Below are positions 48,629-58,714 of a DNA stretch of 64,000 nt, in pieces. The DNA lies in contig CAWIIB010000009.1 of the NCBI GenBank assembly GCA_963836075.1, positions 2,208,311 to 2,272,310 of the forward strand, read 5' to 3'. Every line of letters begins with the position of its first letter. Position 1 is the first letter of the stretch. The stretch comes from an uncultured Acidobacteriota bacterium. GTDB lineage: Bacteria; Acidobacteriota; JAQAZP01. A program made the position numbers and the translations under genes. A model generated the notes under the pieces. It had not been told where the DNA came from. It did not search any database and worked only from the letters and a program-made list of their open reading frames with translations.

Positions 48629-49630
48629 CTACTCCCGGCCCTTGGCCCGCAGGGCGCGGAGGATGTAGATTACGCCGGCCGCCAGCAGGGCGATGGGAAG
48701 CAGGATCTTCCCGAACCACTGTCCCCCGCCTTCCACCACCACCACGAAGATCCCCACCCCGGCCAGAGCCACCGCCGGATAGCGGGCCCAGGCCAATTTG
48801 TTTGCTTCGTTGCTGATCAGGTAGAGATAGCCGAAGATCGCGCTCATGCCGAGGAAGAACAGGCAGGGACTCCACGGTTCGCTGATCCCCAACGTCTCTT
48901 CCATCTGGATGATAACGGCGATGAGGCAAAGCACGCCACCGGGGATCACCGGCCACCAGACCCGGCGCCGGCGCAGGTGAATGACCAGGAAGACCAGGCC
49001 CAGAAGAAAGGTGAAGACTGCGGGGCCCAGGTCGCTGTGGGGCAGGAACTCTTCGATGGTGAACACCACGGCCAGCAGCCCGAACACCCCGGCCACGATC
49101 AGCGGCCAGACTTTCCGCCGGTTGATCAGGTGCACGGCGAGAAAGGTGACGGCAAAACCGTAGAAGAGGAAGATCGGATTGTCGGTGTCGAAGCGGTTCA
49201 ACAGTTGCTGTATGCCCAGCTCGACGCCGACGAAGAAGAGGATACCCACCGGAATGATCGGCCACCACCGTTGGGGACTGGGACGGAAGAAAAGCAGGAA
49301 GCCCACCGCGATGCTCCACAATATGATCGTGGGCATGAAATGGGCCCCGGGACGCAGGGCATCGATCAGCCATCTGGCGGACAGGATCAGGAAAATGCCC
49401 GCCGGGATCAGTGCCCACCTCATGTTCACGTTCAGCCGGGCCGCAGCCAGGAAGCCCAGCCCGGCCAGCAGGGCCAGAACCCCCTGGGAGAAGTGCGAGT
49501 TGAGAGAGTAGATGCCGAGACTGGCGCCGAGAAAGATCAGGCCGCTGACCAGGAGGGCGATGCCCCCCAGCAGGTACTTGTTGTCGATTTGCCGTTCTGT
49601 GCTGGTCATTGGTCTCTCTCCCGCCGTCAA
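48629..49630 (-). CDS. Polytopic membrane protein with internal repeats (function unknown)
   Basis: 333 aa; repeated unit R(R/K)(R/K)VW(W)P(L/V)I(P/V)(A/G)GV(L/F) followed by TM helix, at least 4 times. Confidence 0.6.
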   Translation of the reverse strand: MTAGERPMTSTERQIDNKYLLGGIALLVSGLIFLGASLGIYSLNSHFSQGVLALLAGLGFLAAARLNVNMRWALIPAGIFLILSARWLIDALRPGAHFMPTIILWSIAVGFLLFFRPSPQRWWPIIPVGILFFVGVELGIQQLLNRFDTDNPIFLFYGFAVTFLAVHLINRRKVWPLIVAGVFGLLAVVFTIEEFLPHSDLGPAVFTFLLGLVFLVIHLRRRRVWWPVIPGGVLCLIAVIIQMEETLGISEPWSPCLFFLGMSAIFGYLYLISNEANKLAWARYPAVALAGVGIFVVVVEGGGQWFGKILLPIALLAAGVIYILRALRAKGRE

Positions 49631-49902
49631 TCGCTGACCGAAGTATATTCCGTGTTTCGCGCTATGTTACGGCCCGGGACCCGGAAAAGTTCCACCGACA
49701 GCTCCCCTCTTTGGGGGAACGGTTTTTCGACTGTGGAAACCTCAGCCGATCCATGGTGACCCGTGAGGCGCATCGCAGTCAAGACCACCCTGAATCCACC
49801 CCCTTGTTCGTTGACCGTGCCCCCTGTTTCAGCTATCCTTCTTCAAGGGATGGAATTCTCTGAAACAGCGGCGGCCGGGCTGTTTTTATTCGCCGCCGAG
49901 GG

Positions 49903-50676
49903 GTGTGGAACGTGTATCAACAGCAGCGAATCCGGTTCGGTTTCGGGTCGGGGCTGACCCCGGCGGTGAAACTTCTGCTCATCGTCAACGGCGTGGTTTT
50001 CATCCTGCAGAATCTCGCCCCCGATTTCTTCTACCGCTGGTTCGCCCTCTGGCCCTACCTCGTCTGGAGCAAGCTGAACGTCTGGCAACTGGTCACCTAC
50101 ATGTTCCTGCACGGCGGGTTCATGCACATCCTGTTCAACATGTTCGCCCTCTGGATGTTCGGCTGCCAGATCGAGCGGCTTTTCGGCCGGAACCGGTTCA
50201 TCCGTTTCTACCTGCTAACCGGCGTGGCCGCCGGGCTGACGCATCTGATATTCTCCCCCAACTCCATGGTGCCGGTGATCGGCGCGTCGGGCGCCACCTA
50301 CGGCATCCTGCTGGCCTTCGGGCTCTACTTCCCCGACAACAAACTGCTGATCTTTCCCTTTGTCTTCACCCCGATCAAGGCCAAGTGGCTGGTGCTCATC
50401 GTCGGTGCCATCGCCTTTCTCGGTTCGATCTCGTCCTCGGGCGGCGGCGGTGTCGCCCACCTGGCCCACCTGGGCGGGATGGTTTTCGCCTACTTTTACA
50501 TCCGCCGGCTCCGCTTTCTCAACGACATCCACTACCTGATCCAGCGGATCCGGCAGCGGTCGCTGAGGAAGAAATACAAGATCTATGATGGTGGAAACGG
50601 AGGGGATCGGACGCCTGGAGGATTTCCCCGGCGGCCGCCGGACGGGGACGACGACAACGACTTCACCGTGCACTGA
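49903..50676 (+). CDS. Rhomboid-family intramembrane serine protease
   Basis: GASGATYGIL (catalytic Ser), AHLAHLGGMVFAY (catalytic His), 6 TM; GTG start (alternative GTG 49912). Confidence 0.85.
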   Translation: MWNVYQQQRIRFGFGSGLTPAVKLLLIVNGVVFILQNLAPDFFYRWFALWPYLVWSKLNVWQLVTYMFLHGGFMHILFNMFALWMFGCQIERLFGRNRFIRFYLLTGVAAGLTHLIFSPNSMVPVIGASGATYGILLAFGLYFPDNKLLIFPFVFTPIKAKWLVLIVGAIAFLGSISSSGGGGVAHLAHLGGMVFAYFYIRRLRFLNDIHYLIQRIRQRSLRKKYKIYDGGNGGDRTPGGFPRRPPDGDDDNDFTVH

Positions 50677-50699
50677 CCTCAGACCAGGGAGCTGACGCC

Positions 50700-51641
50700 G
50701 TGCGGAAGGAAGAGCCCCCAGCCAACCGTGAAAAGGTTTCGATCATCGGCGGCGGCCGGGTGGGCAAGACCCTCGGTTTTCTGCTGGCCCGGGCAGGGTA
50801 TCGCATCCGCGGAGTCTCCTGTCTCAACCTGGCCGAGGCCGAGGAGGCGGTGCGCTTCATCGGCGACGGCGCCCCCTTCGAAGACAATACCGCGGTGGTG
50901 ATGGACAGCGTCATCGTGCTGATCACCACTCCCGACGACGCCATCGCCTCGGTGGCCCGTGGGCTGGCCGGGATACCGGTCTCCTGGACGTCGAGACTGG
51001 TGCTCCACTGCAGCGGGTTTCTCACCTCCGGGGTGCTCCGGCCGCTGGCCGACCAGGGCGCTGCCGTGGCCACCCTCCACCCGCTGCAGACCATTGCCAG
51101 CCCCCGCGAGGCGGTGACCGCGATCCGCACAGGTTTCTTCTCCATCGAAGGAGATGAGGACGCGTGGCCCACGGTACAGGCCATGGTGAGCCATATCGGG
51201 GCGCGTTACCTGATGATCGACCCGCAGAAAAAGGTGCTCTACCACGCCGCGGCGGTGATGGCCTCCAATTACGTTGTCACCCTCACCGGCCTCTGTGCCG
51301 ATCTGATGGCCGAAGCCGGGGTGCCCCGGGAGCAGGGTCTGGAAGCGCTGACTCCCCTGGTCCAGGGTGCGCTGGACAATGTCAAGCGACTGGGACACCG
51401 CCGTTCGCTCACCGGCCCGATCTCCCGGGGGGATGTGGCCACGGTGCGCGGCCACCTGGAGGGACTGGCCCGCGGCGGCCGGACCACCGATGCGGTTTAC
51501 CGTTCCCTGGGCCTGGCCACCCTCGAACTGGCTTTGGGCGGTCGGGGCGGTCCCTCCCTGGACCGGGCCTGGGAGCTTCGCGAGGCGCTGAAGAACAGCG
51601 ACGATGATCAGGGGGTTGTGGGTGGCGACGAATACGAGTAA
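50700..51641 (+). CDS. Rossmann-fold NAD(P)-binding protein, DUF2520-type (ketopantoate-reductase/ProC-like superfamily)
   Basis: KVSIIGGGRVGKTLGFLLARAG dinucleotide fold; C-terminal helical DUF2520-like region; GTG start. Confidence 0.55.
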   Translation: MRKEEPPANREKVSIIGGGRVGKTLGFLLARAGYRIRGVSCLNLAEAEEAVRFIGDGAPFEDNTAVVMDSVIVLITTPDDAIASVARGLAGIPVSWTSRLVLHCSGFLTSGVLRPLADQGAAVATLHPLQTIASPREAVTAIRTGFFSIEGDEDAWPTVQAMVSHIGARYLMIDPQKKVLYHAAAVMASNYVVTLTGLCADLMAEAGVPREQGLEALTPLVQGALDNVKRLGHRRSLTGPISRGDVATVRGHLEGLARGGRTTDAVYRSLGLATLELALGGRGGPSLDRAWELREALKNSDDDQGVVGGDEYE

Positions 51642-51677
51642 CCGAGACCTGGAGCAGCAATCCGGAGGTTTGTTCTG

Positions 51678-53138
51678 ATGCGCAAGATAGTGCTCACCGC
51701 CAGCCTGGTGTTCTTCCTCTTCATTTCCTGCGGCCATGTCGGCTCGGAGAGCGGGGGAGAAGGCGCGGTGTTGCTGGAACCGGCTTCGGCGTCCGTCCAG
51801 GGCCCCGTGACCGGCGGATCGGTCCCGGGCCGTCTGGAGGCCGGTTCGGCCCTGCAGGCTTCCCGGCGCACCGCGGTTGTGGAGGTGGTGGAGCGGGTGG
51901 CGCCGGCGGTGGTCAACATCTCCACCGAACAGGCGGTGGAGGTGAACCCCTTCCTGCGGCGGCAGACGCCGAGCATCTTCGACTGGTTTGGCGAACCGGA
52001 CCGCAGTTACACCCGGACCAGCCTCGGTTCGGGGGTGATCATCGACGACCAGGGGCACGTGCTGACCAACCAGCACGTGATCCTCAAGGGCTCGCGGATC
52101 ACCGTGGTGCTCTCCGACAAGCGGGAGTTCGAGGCCGAACTGGTGGGCGCCGACCCGACCCTGGACCTGGCCGTGCTGAAGATCGACACTGGAAACTCGC
52201 TGCCCCACGTGCCCATGGGCACCTCCTCCGACCTGATGATCGGCGAGTCGGTGATCGCCATCGGCAACCCCTTCGGGCTCAATCACACCGTAACCACCGG
52301 GGTGGTCAGCGCCACCGGTCGGATTCTGCGAACCGAGGAGAGGGTCTACCGTGATTTCATCCAGACCGATGCCTCGATCAACCCCGGCAACAGCGGCGGA
52401 CCACTGCTCAACATCAACGGTTCGCTGATCGGTATCAACACGGCCATCTATGGCGGAAGCGCCCAGAACATCGGCTTCACCATCCCCATCGACCGGGCGC
52501 GGCGCATCGTTGACGACCTGATCCGCTTCGGCGCCGTGGTGCCGGCCTGGCTGGGGGTGGATGTCCAGGACCTGAGCCGTGATTTGGCCGAGAGCTTTGA
52601 TTTCCCCCTGCGCAGCGGGGTGCTGGTCTCCGAGGTGGCGGAGGAGGGTCCGGCCGAGGCCGGCGGTCTCCAGCGGGGCGACATCATCACCGCCCTGGGC
52701 AGCGACAGCGTCCAGACGGCGCGGGACTTCCGGGAAAGCCTCCGCGGCTACACGGCCGATGACGAGGTAAAAGTGACGTACTACCGCGGTGGGGAGAAGA
52801 GAGAAGGCATGCTGCTCAGCACCGAATTCCCCGCCGGACAGGTGGACCAGGAACTGTGGCGCCGGGTGGGCTTCGAGGTGATCGAGATCACTCCGGCCCT
52901 GGCCCGCAGCTACAAACTGCCGGCCACGGACGGGGTGGCCATCCGCCGGGTCCGCGACAACAGCCCGGCATATGCCATCGGCCTCGACGGCGGTGACGTG
53001 CTGCTGCACATCGACGGCACGCACATCGGCAGCCTGGAGAATCTGCACCATGCGCTGGTGCCCGCCCTGGGCCGCGGCTCCTTCACGCTGATGGTCCAGC
53101 GGGGACGACACCGCTATCGGGGGGTGCTGGAGTTTTGA
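51678..53138 (+). CDS. DegP/HtrA-family periplasmic serine endoprotease (trypsin domain + 2 PDZ)
   Basis: Catalytic H (LTNQHVI), D (DLAVLKI), S (GNSGGPLLN); two PDZ-like segments; signal peptide; GGAGG RBS. Confidence 0.9.
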   Translation: MRKIVLTASLVFFLFISCGHVGSESGGEGAVLLEPASASVQGPVTGGSVPGRLEAGSALQASRRTAVVEVVERVAPAVVNISTEQAVEVNPFLRRQTPSIFDWFGEPDRSYTRTSLGSGVIIDDQGHVLTNQHVILKGSRITVVLSDKREFEAELVGADPTLDLAVLKIDTGNSLPHVPMGTSSDLMIGESVIAIGNPFGLNHTVTTGVVSATGRILRTEERVYRDFIQTDASINPGNSGGPLLNINGSLIGINTAIYGGSAQNIGFTIPIDRARRIVDDLIRFGAVVPAWLGVDVQDLSRDLAESFDFPLRSGVLVSEVAEEGPAEAGGLQRGDIITALGSDSVQTARDFRESLRGYTADDEVKVTYYRGGEKREGMLLSTEFPAGQVDQELWRRVGFEVIEITPALARSYKLPATDGVAIRRVRDNSPAYAIGLDGGDVLLHIDGTHIGSLENLHHALVPALGRGSFTLMVQRGRHRYRGVLEF

Positions 53139-53169
53139 CTGTCCCTCTTCTAGCCCAGAGGATGTGAGC

Positions 53170-53556
53170 ATGCCTTTCTCAATCGATACGTTCGAGCACC
53201 TGGACTTGACCGTCATCACTGCAGATGGAGAGATCATGCCTGGAGAGCCGCTGGAGACGATCAGGGCTTTCTATGGTGGCAGGCCGACAAGGTATGCGAT
53301 CTGGGATTTCAGGGCCGTTGCCATGAGCCAGATGTCCACTGATGAGATCCAGCTGATCCTTGATCACGGGTTGAAGAATATCCTCAAGCGACAGTTCGGC
53401 AAGACGGCTCTGGTGGCCCCGGGGGATCATGACTTCGAACTGGCCCGCAACACCAGCACCATCGGCGATTTGAAGGACGTCCCCTGGGAAATGCAGGCTT
53501 TCCGGACGATGGAGGAAGCGGCCCGGTGGATTGGCGTCCAGTATCCTGAAGAATAG
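53170..53556 (+). CDS. Small STAS/SpoIIAA-like (DUF3478-like) protein, paralog 1
   Basis: ~128 aa MPFSIDTFEHLDLTVITADGEI...WDFRAV...GKTALVAP...; tandem paralog of next gene; AGAGGA RBS. Confidence 0.45.
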   Translation: MPFSIDTFEHLDLTVITADGEIMPGEPLETIRAFYGGRPTRYAIWDFRAVAMSQMSTDEIQLILDHGLKNILKRQFGKTALVAPGDHDFELARNTSTIGDLKDVPWEMQAFRTMEEAARWIGVQYPEE

Positions 53557-53651
53557 GCGCCGACCCGTTGCTGTGACGCTCACCAGTGGCCCGGAAACAG
53601 GAAAGACACTATATTCAGTAGAGCATGCACCTGCTGCAGGGGGAGGTTGAC

Positions 53652-54038
53652 ATGCCAATCTCGATCGAACAGTACAAGGATCAGGATCTGACCGTCATCG
53701 TTGCGGCTGGAGACATCCTGGACGGTGAGCCGTTTGCGGCACAGAGGGACTTCTATGACGGTGAGCCGACGGCCAAGGTTCTCTGGGATTTCAGGGCCGT
53801 ATCCGGAGGACAGCTCAGCGCTGACGAAATCAGGCAGATCTTCGACTACGCCATTGTGAACATGCCCAAGCGCCAAAGCGGCAAGACGGCCTTTGTGGCT
53901 CCGGAAGACCACGAGTTCGGCCTGGCCCGCATGACCACCACCATCGGCGAACTGAGAGATGTCCCCTGGGAACTGCGGGCCTTCAGGAATCTAGCAGACG
54001 CCGTCCGGTGGCTCGGCGTCCAATACGTTCAGGAATAG
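53652..54038 (+). CDS. Small STAS/SpoIIAA-like (DUF3478-like) protein, paralog 2
   Basis: ~128 aa MPISIEQYKDQDLTVIVAAGDI...WDFRAV...GKTAFVAP...AVRWLGVQY; ~45% identity to paralog 1; GGGAGG RBS. Confidence 0.45.
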   Translation: MPISIEQYKDQDLTVIVAAGDILDGEPFAAQRDFYDGEPTAKVLWDFRAVSGGQLSADEIRQIFDYAIVNMPKRQSGKTAFVAPEDHEFGLARMTTTIGELRDVPWELRAFRNLADAVRWLGVQYVQE

Positions 54039-54106
54039 TAGTTCCACACAGGCCGTTTCCCCGGCCTGGTAATTTCCAGAGCGGGAGCTCCAAGGAGAAA
54101 TACGTC

Positions 54107-57100
54107 ATGGACATCCGCGGTACGTCTCTTCTTTGCTTCGCACTATTGATATCTGCTTCGTTCCCGCCACAACGGCCGGGCCACTGCTGTTCAACACGAG
54201 GGTCGAATTCCCGGTGGGTATCTTTCCTTCCTGCGTTGCCCTGGCCGACCTGGATGGTGATGGCCGCCAGGACCTGGCCGTGCCGAACCTGGTCAGCGAC
54301 GACGTCTCGGTGCTGCTGGGCAACGGTGACGGCACCTTTCAGGAGGCGGTGAACTACGGGGTGGATGATTCCCCTCTTGCGGTGGCCATCGGTGACCTGG
54401 ACGCGGACAGCCATCCGGACCTGGCGGTGGTGAACTATACCGACGGACTGGTCTCAGTGCTGCTGGGCCGGGGCGACGGCACTTTCGAGAACGCGGTGAA
54501 CTACGAGAGCGCCCACTCGGCCAACTCGGTGGCCATCGGCGATCTGGACGGGGATGGCCATCCGGACCTGGCGGTGGCCAACGGCGGTTTCCAGGCGGTT
54601 GCGGTTCTACTGGGCAATGGCGACGGCACCTTTCAGAGCAGGGTGAACTACAGCGCCGGTCTGGGGCCGGCATCGGTGGTCATCGGTGACCTGGACAACG
54701 ACGGTATCCCGGACCTGGCGGCGGCGAATTCCAGCCTCGACTCGGTTGCGGTGCTGCTGGGCAACGGGGACGGCACCTTCCAGACCCGTGTCCTCCACGA
54801 GACCGGGGACAGCCCGGTGGCGGTGGCCATCGTCGACCTGGAGAACGACAACTTCAAAGATCTGGTGACGGCGAGTAGAATCGGTAACAACATCTCGGTG
54901 CTGGCGGGCAACGGGGACGGCACCTTCCAGGCTGCGGTGAACTACCCGGCCGGGGACGATCCCGAAGCGCTTGCCGTCGGTGACGTGAATGACGACGGCC
55001 AGGCGGATGTGGTGGTTGCCAATCTGTCCAGCTCTGACGTCTCCATACTGCAGGGCAACGGGGATGGCACATTGCAGGTTGCCCGGCAATTCCCCATCGG
55101 CCGGGCCCCCGTTTCGGTGGCCATCGGCGACCTGGACGGCGACGGAAACCAGGACCTGACCGCGGCGACTTCCAGCTACAACTATGTCACGGTTCTGCGG
55201 GGATACGGGGACGGCACCTTTGCCACCGCAGCTGAATACGGTGTCGGCGGTCTCCCTCAATCAGTGGCCGCGGGCGAGCTGGATGGTGACGGGCGTGTGG
55301 ACCTGGTGGTGGCCAACCCCGACGAGGGCACCGTCTCGGTGCTTGCCGGCCAGGGGAACGGCAGTTTCGGCTCCGCGGTACAGCACGGTGCCGGTGCCGG
55401 GGCCTGGTCGGTGGCCATCGTCGACCTCGATGGCAACGGCAACCCGGACCTGGTCACGGCGAACTACAACGGTGACGACGTCTCGGTGTTGATGAACACG
55501 GGTGGCGGCGCCTTCGCCGCACCCGTGAATTACGGGGCCGGCAGCGGCCCATTCTCGGTGGCCGGCGATGACTTTGACAATGATGGCCACCAGGACCTGG
55601 TGGTGGCGAATTACTACGACAACAACGTGTCGGTGTTGCTGGGCAACGGTGACGGCTCCCTTCAGACGGCAAGTGACTTCGCGGTTCAGGCTTTTCCCAC
55701 GGCGGTGGTCACCGGAGACCTGAATAAAGACGGTGACCCGGACCTGGCCGTGGCCAACACGCTCGGCGACTCTGTTTCGGTACTTCTGGGTCTCGGGGAC
55801 GGCGCCTTCCAGGCGGCCGTAAACTACGGTGCAGGGAACAACCCGTATTCGCTGGCCCTCAATGACCTCGATGGCGATGGCGCCCTGGACCTGGCCGTGG
55901 CCAATAACGGCAGCGATTCCGTATCGCTGTTGCTGGGCCAGGGCGACGGCACCTTGCAGTCCGCGGTGTACTATGACACCGGCGTCGGGCCTGTCTCGGT
56001 GGCCATGGCCGACCTGGACGGCGACGGCCGGCTGGATCTGGCCGTGGCCAACCTCGACAGCGACAATGTGTCGGTGTTCCCGGGCCTGGGGGACGGCACT
56101 CTGGGGACCGCGGTGCTCTATGGTTGCGGTGAAGATCCCATCTCCATGGTGTCGGGCAACCTGAACGGTGATGGCTATCCGGACCTGGTCACGGCGGACC
56201 AGGACCAGGAGACGGTAACGGTGCTGATCAACGGCACCAGTATCTCGTCCCTTTCATCGCTCTATGTCGGTCCGGGCCCGGCCTACGACAACAGCCCCCT
56301 GGTCCGGCTGTTCCCGCCGTTGCAGGACGCAGCGGCCCAGTCCGAGTTCCCGGCATACGGCGCAACTCATTACGGCGTCAAGGTGAACAGCGGTGACCCG
56401 GACGGTGACGGAGCGGACGAGATCCTCACTGGTGCTGGTCCGGGTGACATCTACGGGCCCCACGTCCGGGGGTTCGAGGTGGACGGCACGCCCGTTCCCG
56501 GGCTCAATTTCCTGGCCTACGGCACGAACAAATACGGCGTGAATGTCGCCGCCGGCGACTTCGACGGCGACGGTTTCGACGAGATCATCACCGGTGCCGG
56601 TCCGGGTGCGGTGTTCGGGCCTCACGTGCGCGGCTGGACTTACAACGGCGGGTCAGGGGTCACTTCATTGCCCGGGGTGAGCTACTTTGCCTACGGCACG
56701 CCAAAGTGGGGAGTGAACGTGGCCGGCGGTGATATCGATGGCGACGGCTTTGACGAGATCGTCACCGGCGCCGGTCCGGGTGCGGTGTACGGCCCCCATG
56801 TGCGCGGCTGGAACGTGGACGGCGGTGCGGCGGCAGCCATACCAGCGGTGAGCTACTTCGCTTACGGCACACTGAAGTTCGGGGTCAATGTCAGCTGCGG
56901 CGATGTGGATGGCGACGGTATTGACGAGATCGTCACCGGCGCCGGTCCGGGTGCGGTGTTCGGGCCCCACGTGCGCGGCTGGAACTATGACGGGTCCGCG
57001 GTCACTTCGCTGCCCGGCTTCAGTTTCTTTGCCTGGCAGACCGAACCGCTCCGCTTCGGGGTCAATGTCTTTGCCGGAACCGACCTGGATGCCGACGGCC

Positions 57101-57255
57101 GTGACGATCTGCTGGTGGGCCGCGGGCCGGATCCCACCGCGGACAGTGAGGTGAAAGCGTTCTCCTACAACGGGTCGGCCGTGAGCCAGCTCTTTTCGCT
57201 GGACGCATTTCCGGGCCTGACCCACGGGGCCAACGTGGCGGCGGGAAAGAACTAA
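54107..57255 (+). CDS. FG-GAP/VCBS repeat-containing secreted protein (~1045 aa), paralog of 26646..29817; N-terminus may contain a frameshift (signal peptide in frame of ATG 54107, body in frame of TTG 54133)
   Basis: AAGGAGA RBS 8 nt before ATG 54107 giving MDIRGTSLLCFALLISASF signal; body ORF 54133..57255 with >15 FG-GAP units and C-terminal GAGPGAVFGPHVRGWN repeats. Confidence 0.8.
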
Positions 57256-57259
57256 TACG

Positions 57260-58693
57260 TTACCCCTTGATCACCGCCAGTGGCACCAGTCGGGCCACCT
57301 TGCGCGAGATCCCCGAGAGGTGCACCGCTTGCACCACGTCCTCCACGTCCTTGTAAGCTTCGGGCATCTCTTCGGCCAGGGTGCCCTTGCCCCTGGCGCG
57401 GACGTGAATCCCCCGGTCGGAGAGCTCGAAGGCGATGGTGCGCTCCCGGGCGGCCTTCCTGGCCTGGCGGCGGCTCATCACCCGGCCGGCGCCGTGGCAG
57501 GTGCTGCCGAAGGTGGTCTCCATGGCCTTGGCCGTGCCTGAAAGCACGTAGGAGCAGGAGCCCATGTCCCCGGGAATCAGCACCGGCTGGCCCACCGCGC
57601 GATAGGCCGCAGGGACTTCCGGGCGGCCGGGGCCGAAGGCGCGGGTGGCCCCCTTGCGGTGCACCATCAGTGTACGCTCCCGTCCCTCGAAAGTGTGCCG
57701 TTCCTTTTTGGCGATGTTGTGGCAGACGTCGTAGACCAGGCCCATGCCCAGGTCGCGCGGGCCGGCCTGGAAGACCTTCTGGAAGATCTCACGGGTCAGG
57801 TGGCTCATCGCCTGGCGGTTGGCGAAGGCGTAGTTGGTGGCGCAGGCCATGGCCGCCATGTAGTCCCTGGCCTCCCGGGAACCGATCGGCGCGCAGGCCA
57901 GCTGGCGGTCGGGCAGGTCTCTTCTGCCGCTGCGCACCAGCTGTTTGAGATAGTCGTCGCAGACCTGGTAGCCCAGGCCGCGGGACCCGGAGTGGATCAT
58001 CACGGTGATGCCGCCCTCGGCCAGACCGTAGGCCGCGGCCGCGGTCTCGTCGAACACGGTGTCCACCAAACCCACCTCGATGAAGTGGTTGCCCGAGCCG
58101 AGGGTCCCCAGCTGGTTGCGGCCCCTTTCCAGGGCCCGCCTGCTCACGGCTGCGGGATCGGCCTCGGGGAGGCAGCCCCGCTCCTCCATGTATTCCAGGT
58201 CGCTCTGCTGGCCGTAACCGTTCTTCACCGTCCAGGCCGCGCCCTGGGACAGCACTTTGAGCTGGTCAGCAGGGGAGAGGCGGATGGCGCCGCTGGAGCC
58301 CACGCCGCAGGGCACCCCGTTGAACAGCGCATCGGCCAGTGCGCGGATCCGCGGTTTCACCGTCTCCAGGTCCAGCCTGGTGCGCATCAACCGCACACCG
58401 CAGTTGATGTCGTAGCCCACGCCGCCGGGCGAGATGATCCCCTCGTCGAGATCGAAGGCCGCCACCCCGCCGATGGGGAAACCATAGCCCCAGTGGATGT
58501 CCGGCATGGCCAGCGAGTAGCCGACGATGCCCGGCAACTGGGCCACGTTGGTCAACTGGTCCAGGGCCTGGTCCTTGCGGATCTGGTCCAGGGCCGATTC
58601 ACGGGCGAAGAACCGGGCCGGCACCCGCATCCGGCCCCGTTTCCCGATCTCCCAGGTGCACTCGCCGATCTTCTTGAATCCTGCGCCGCTCAT
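57260..58693 (-). CDS. rtcB: RNA-splicing ligase RtcB
   Basis: 477 aa; ...GYDINCGVR..., SGSRGLGYQ, HNIAKKE, GHGAGR motifs characteristic of RtcB. Confidence 0.9.
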   Translation of the reverse strand: MSGAGFKKIGECTWEIGKRGRMRVPARFFARESALDQIRKDQALDQLTNVAQLPGIVGYSLAMPDIHWGYGFPIGGVAAFDLDEGIISPGGVGYDINCGVRLMRTRLDLETVKPRIRALADALFNGVPCGVGSSGAIRLSPADQLKVLSQGAAWTVKNGYGQQSDLEYMEERGCLPEADPAAVSRRALERGRNQLGTLGSGNHFIEVGLVDTVFDETAAAAYGLAEGGITVMIHSGSRGLGYQVCDDYLKQLVRSGRRDLPDRQLACAPIGSREARDYMAAMACATNYAFANRQAMSHLTREIFQKVFQAGPRDLGMGLVYDVCHNIAKKERHTFEGRERTLMVHRKGATRAFGPGRPEVPAAYRAVGQPVLIPGDMGSCSYVLSGTAKAMETTFGSTCHGAGRVMSRRQARKAARERTIAFELSDRGIHVRARGKGTLAEEMPEAYKDVEDVVQAVHLSGISRKVARLVPLAVIKG

Positions 58694-58714
58694 CCCCGGG
58701 GCCTCTACTTCTGT

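Noticed and set aside
50679-53237. 852-aa minus-strand ORF
   Set aside because: Antisense to well-supported plus-strand genes (DUF2520 protein, DegP); composition is Arg/Gly/Asp/His-rich junk with no recognisable motifs.
54008-54352. 114-aa ORF as an independent gene
   Set aside because: Only its first ~20 codons after ATG 54107 (signal peptide MDIRGTSLLCFALLISASF) look genuine; the remainder is the FG-GAP gene read out of frame (PPQRPGHCCSTRGSNSRW...).
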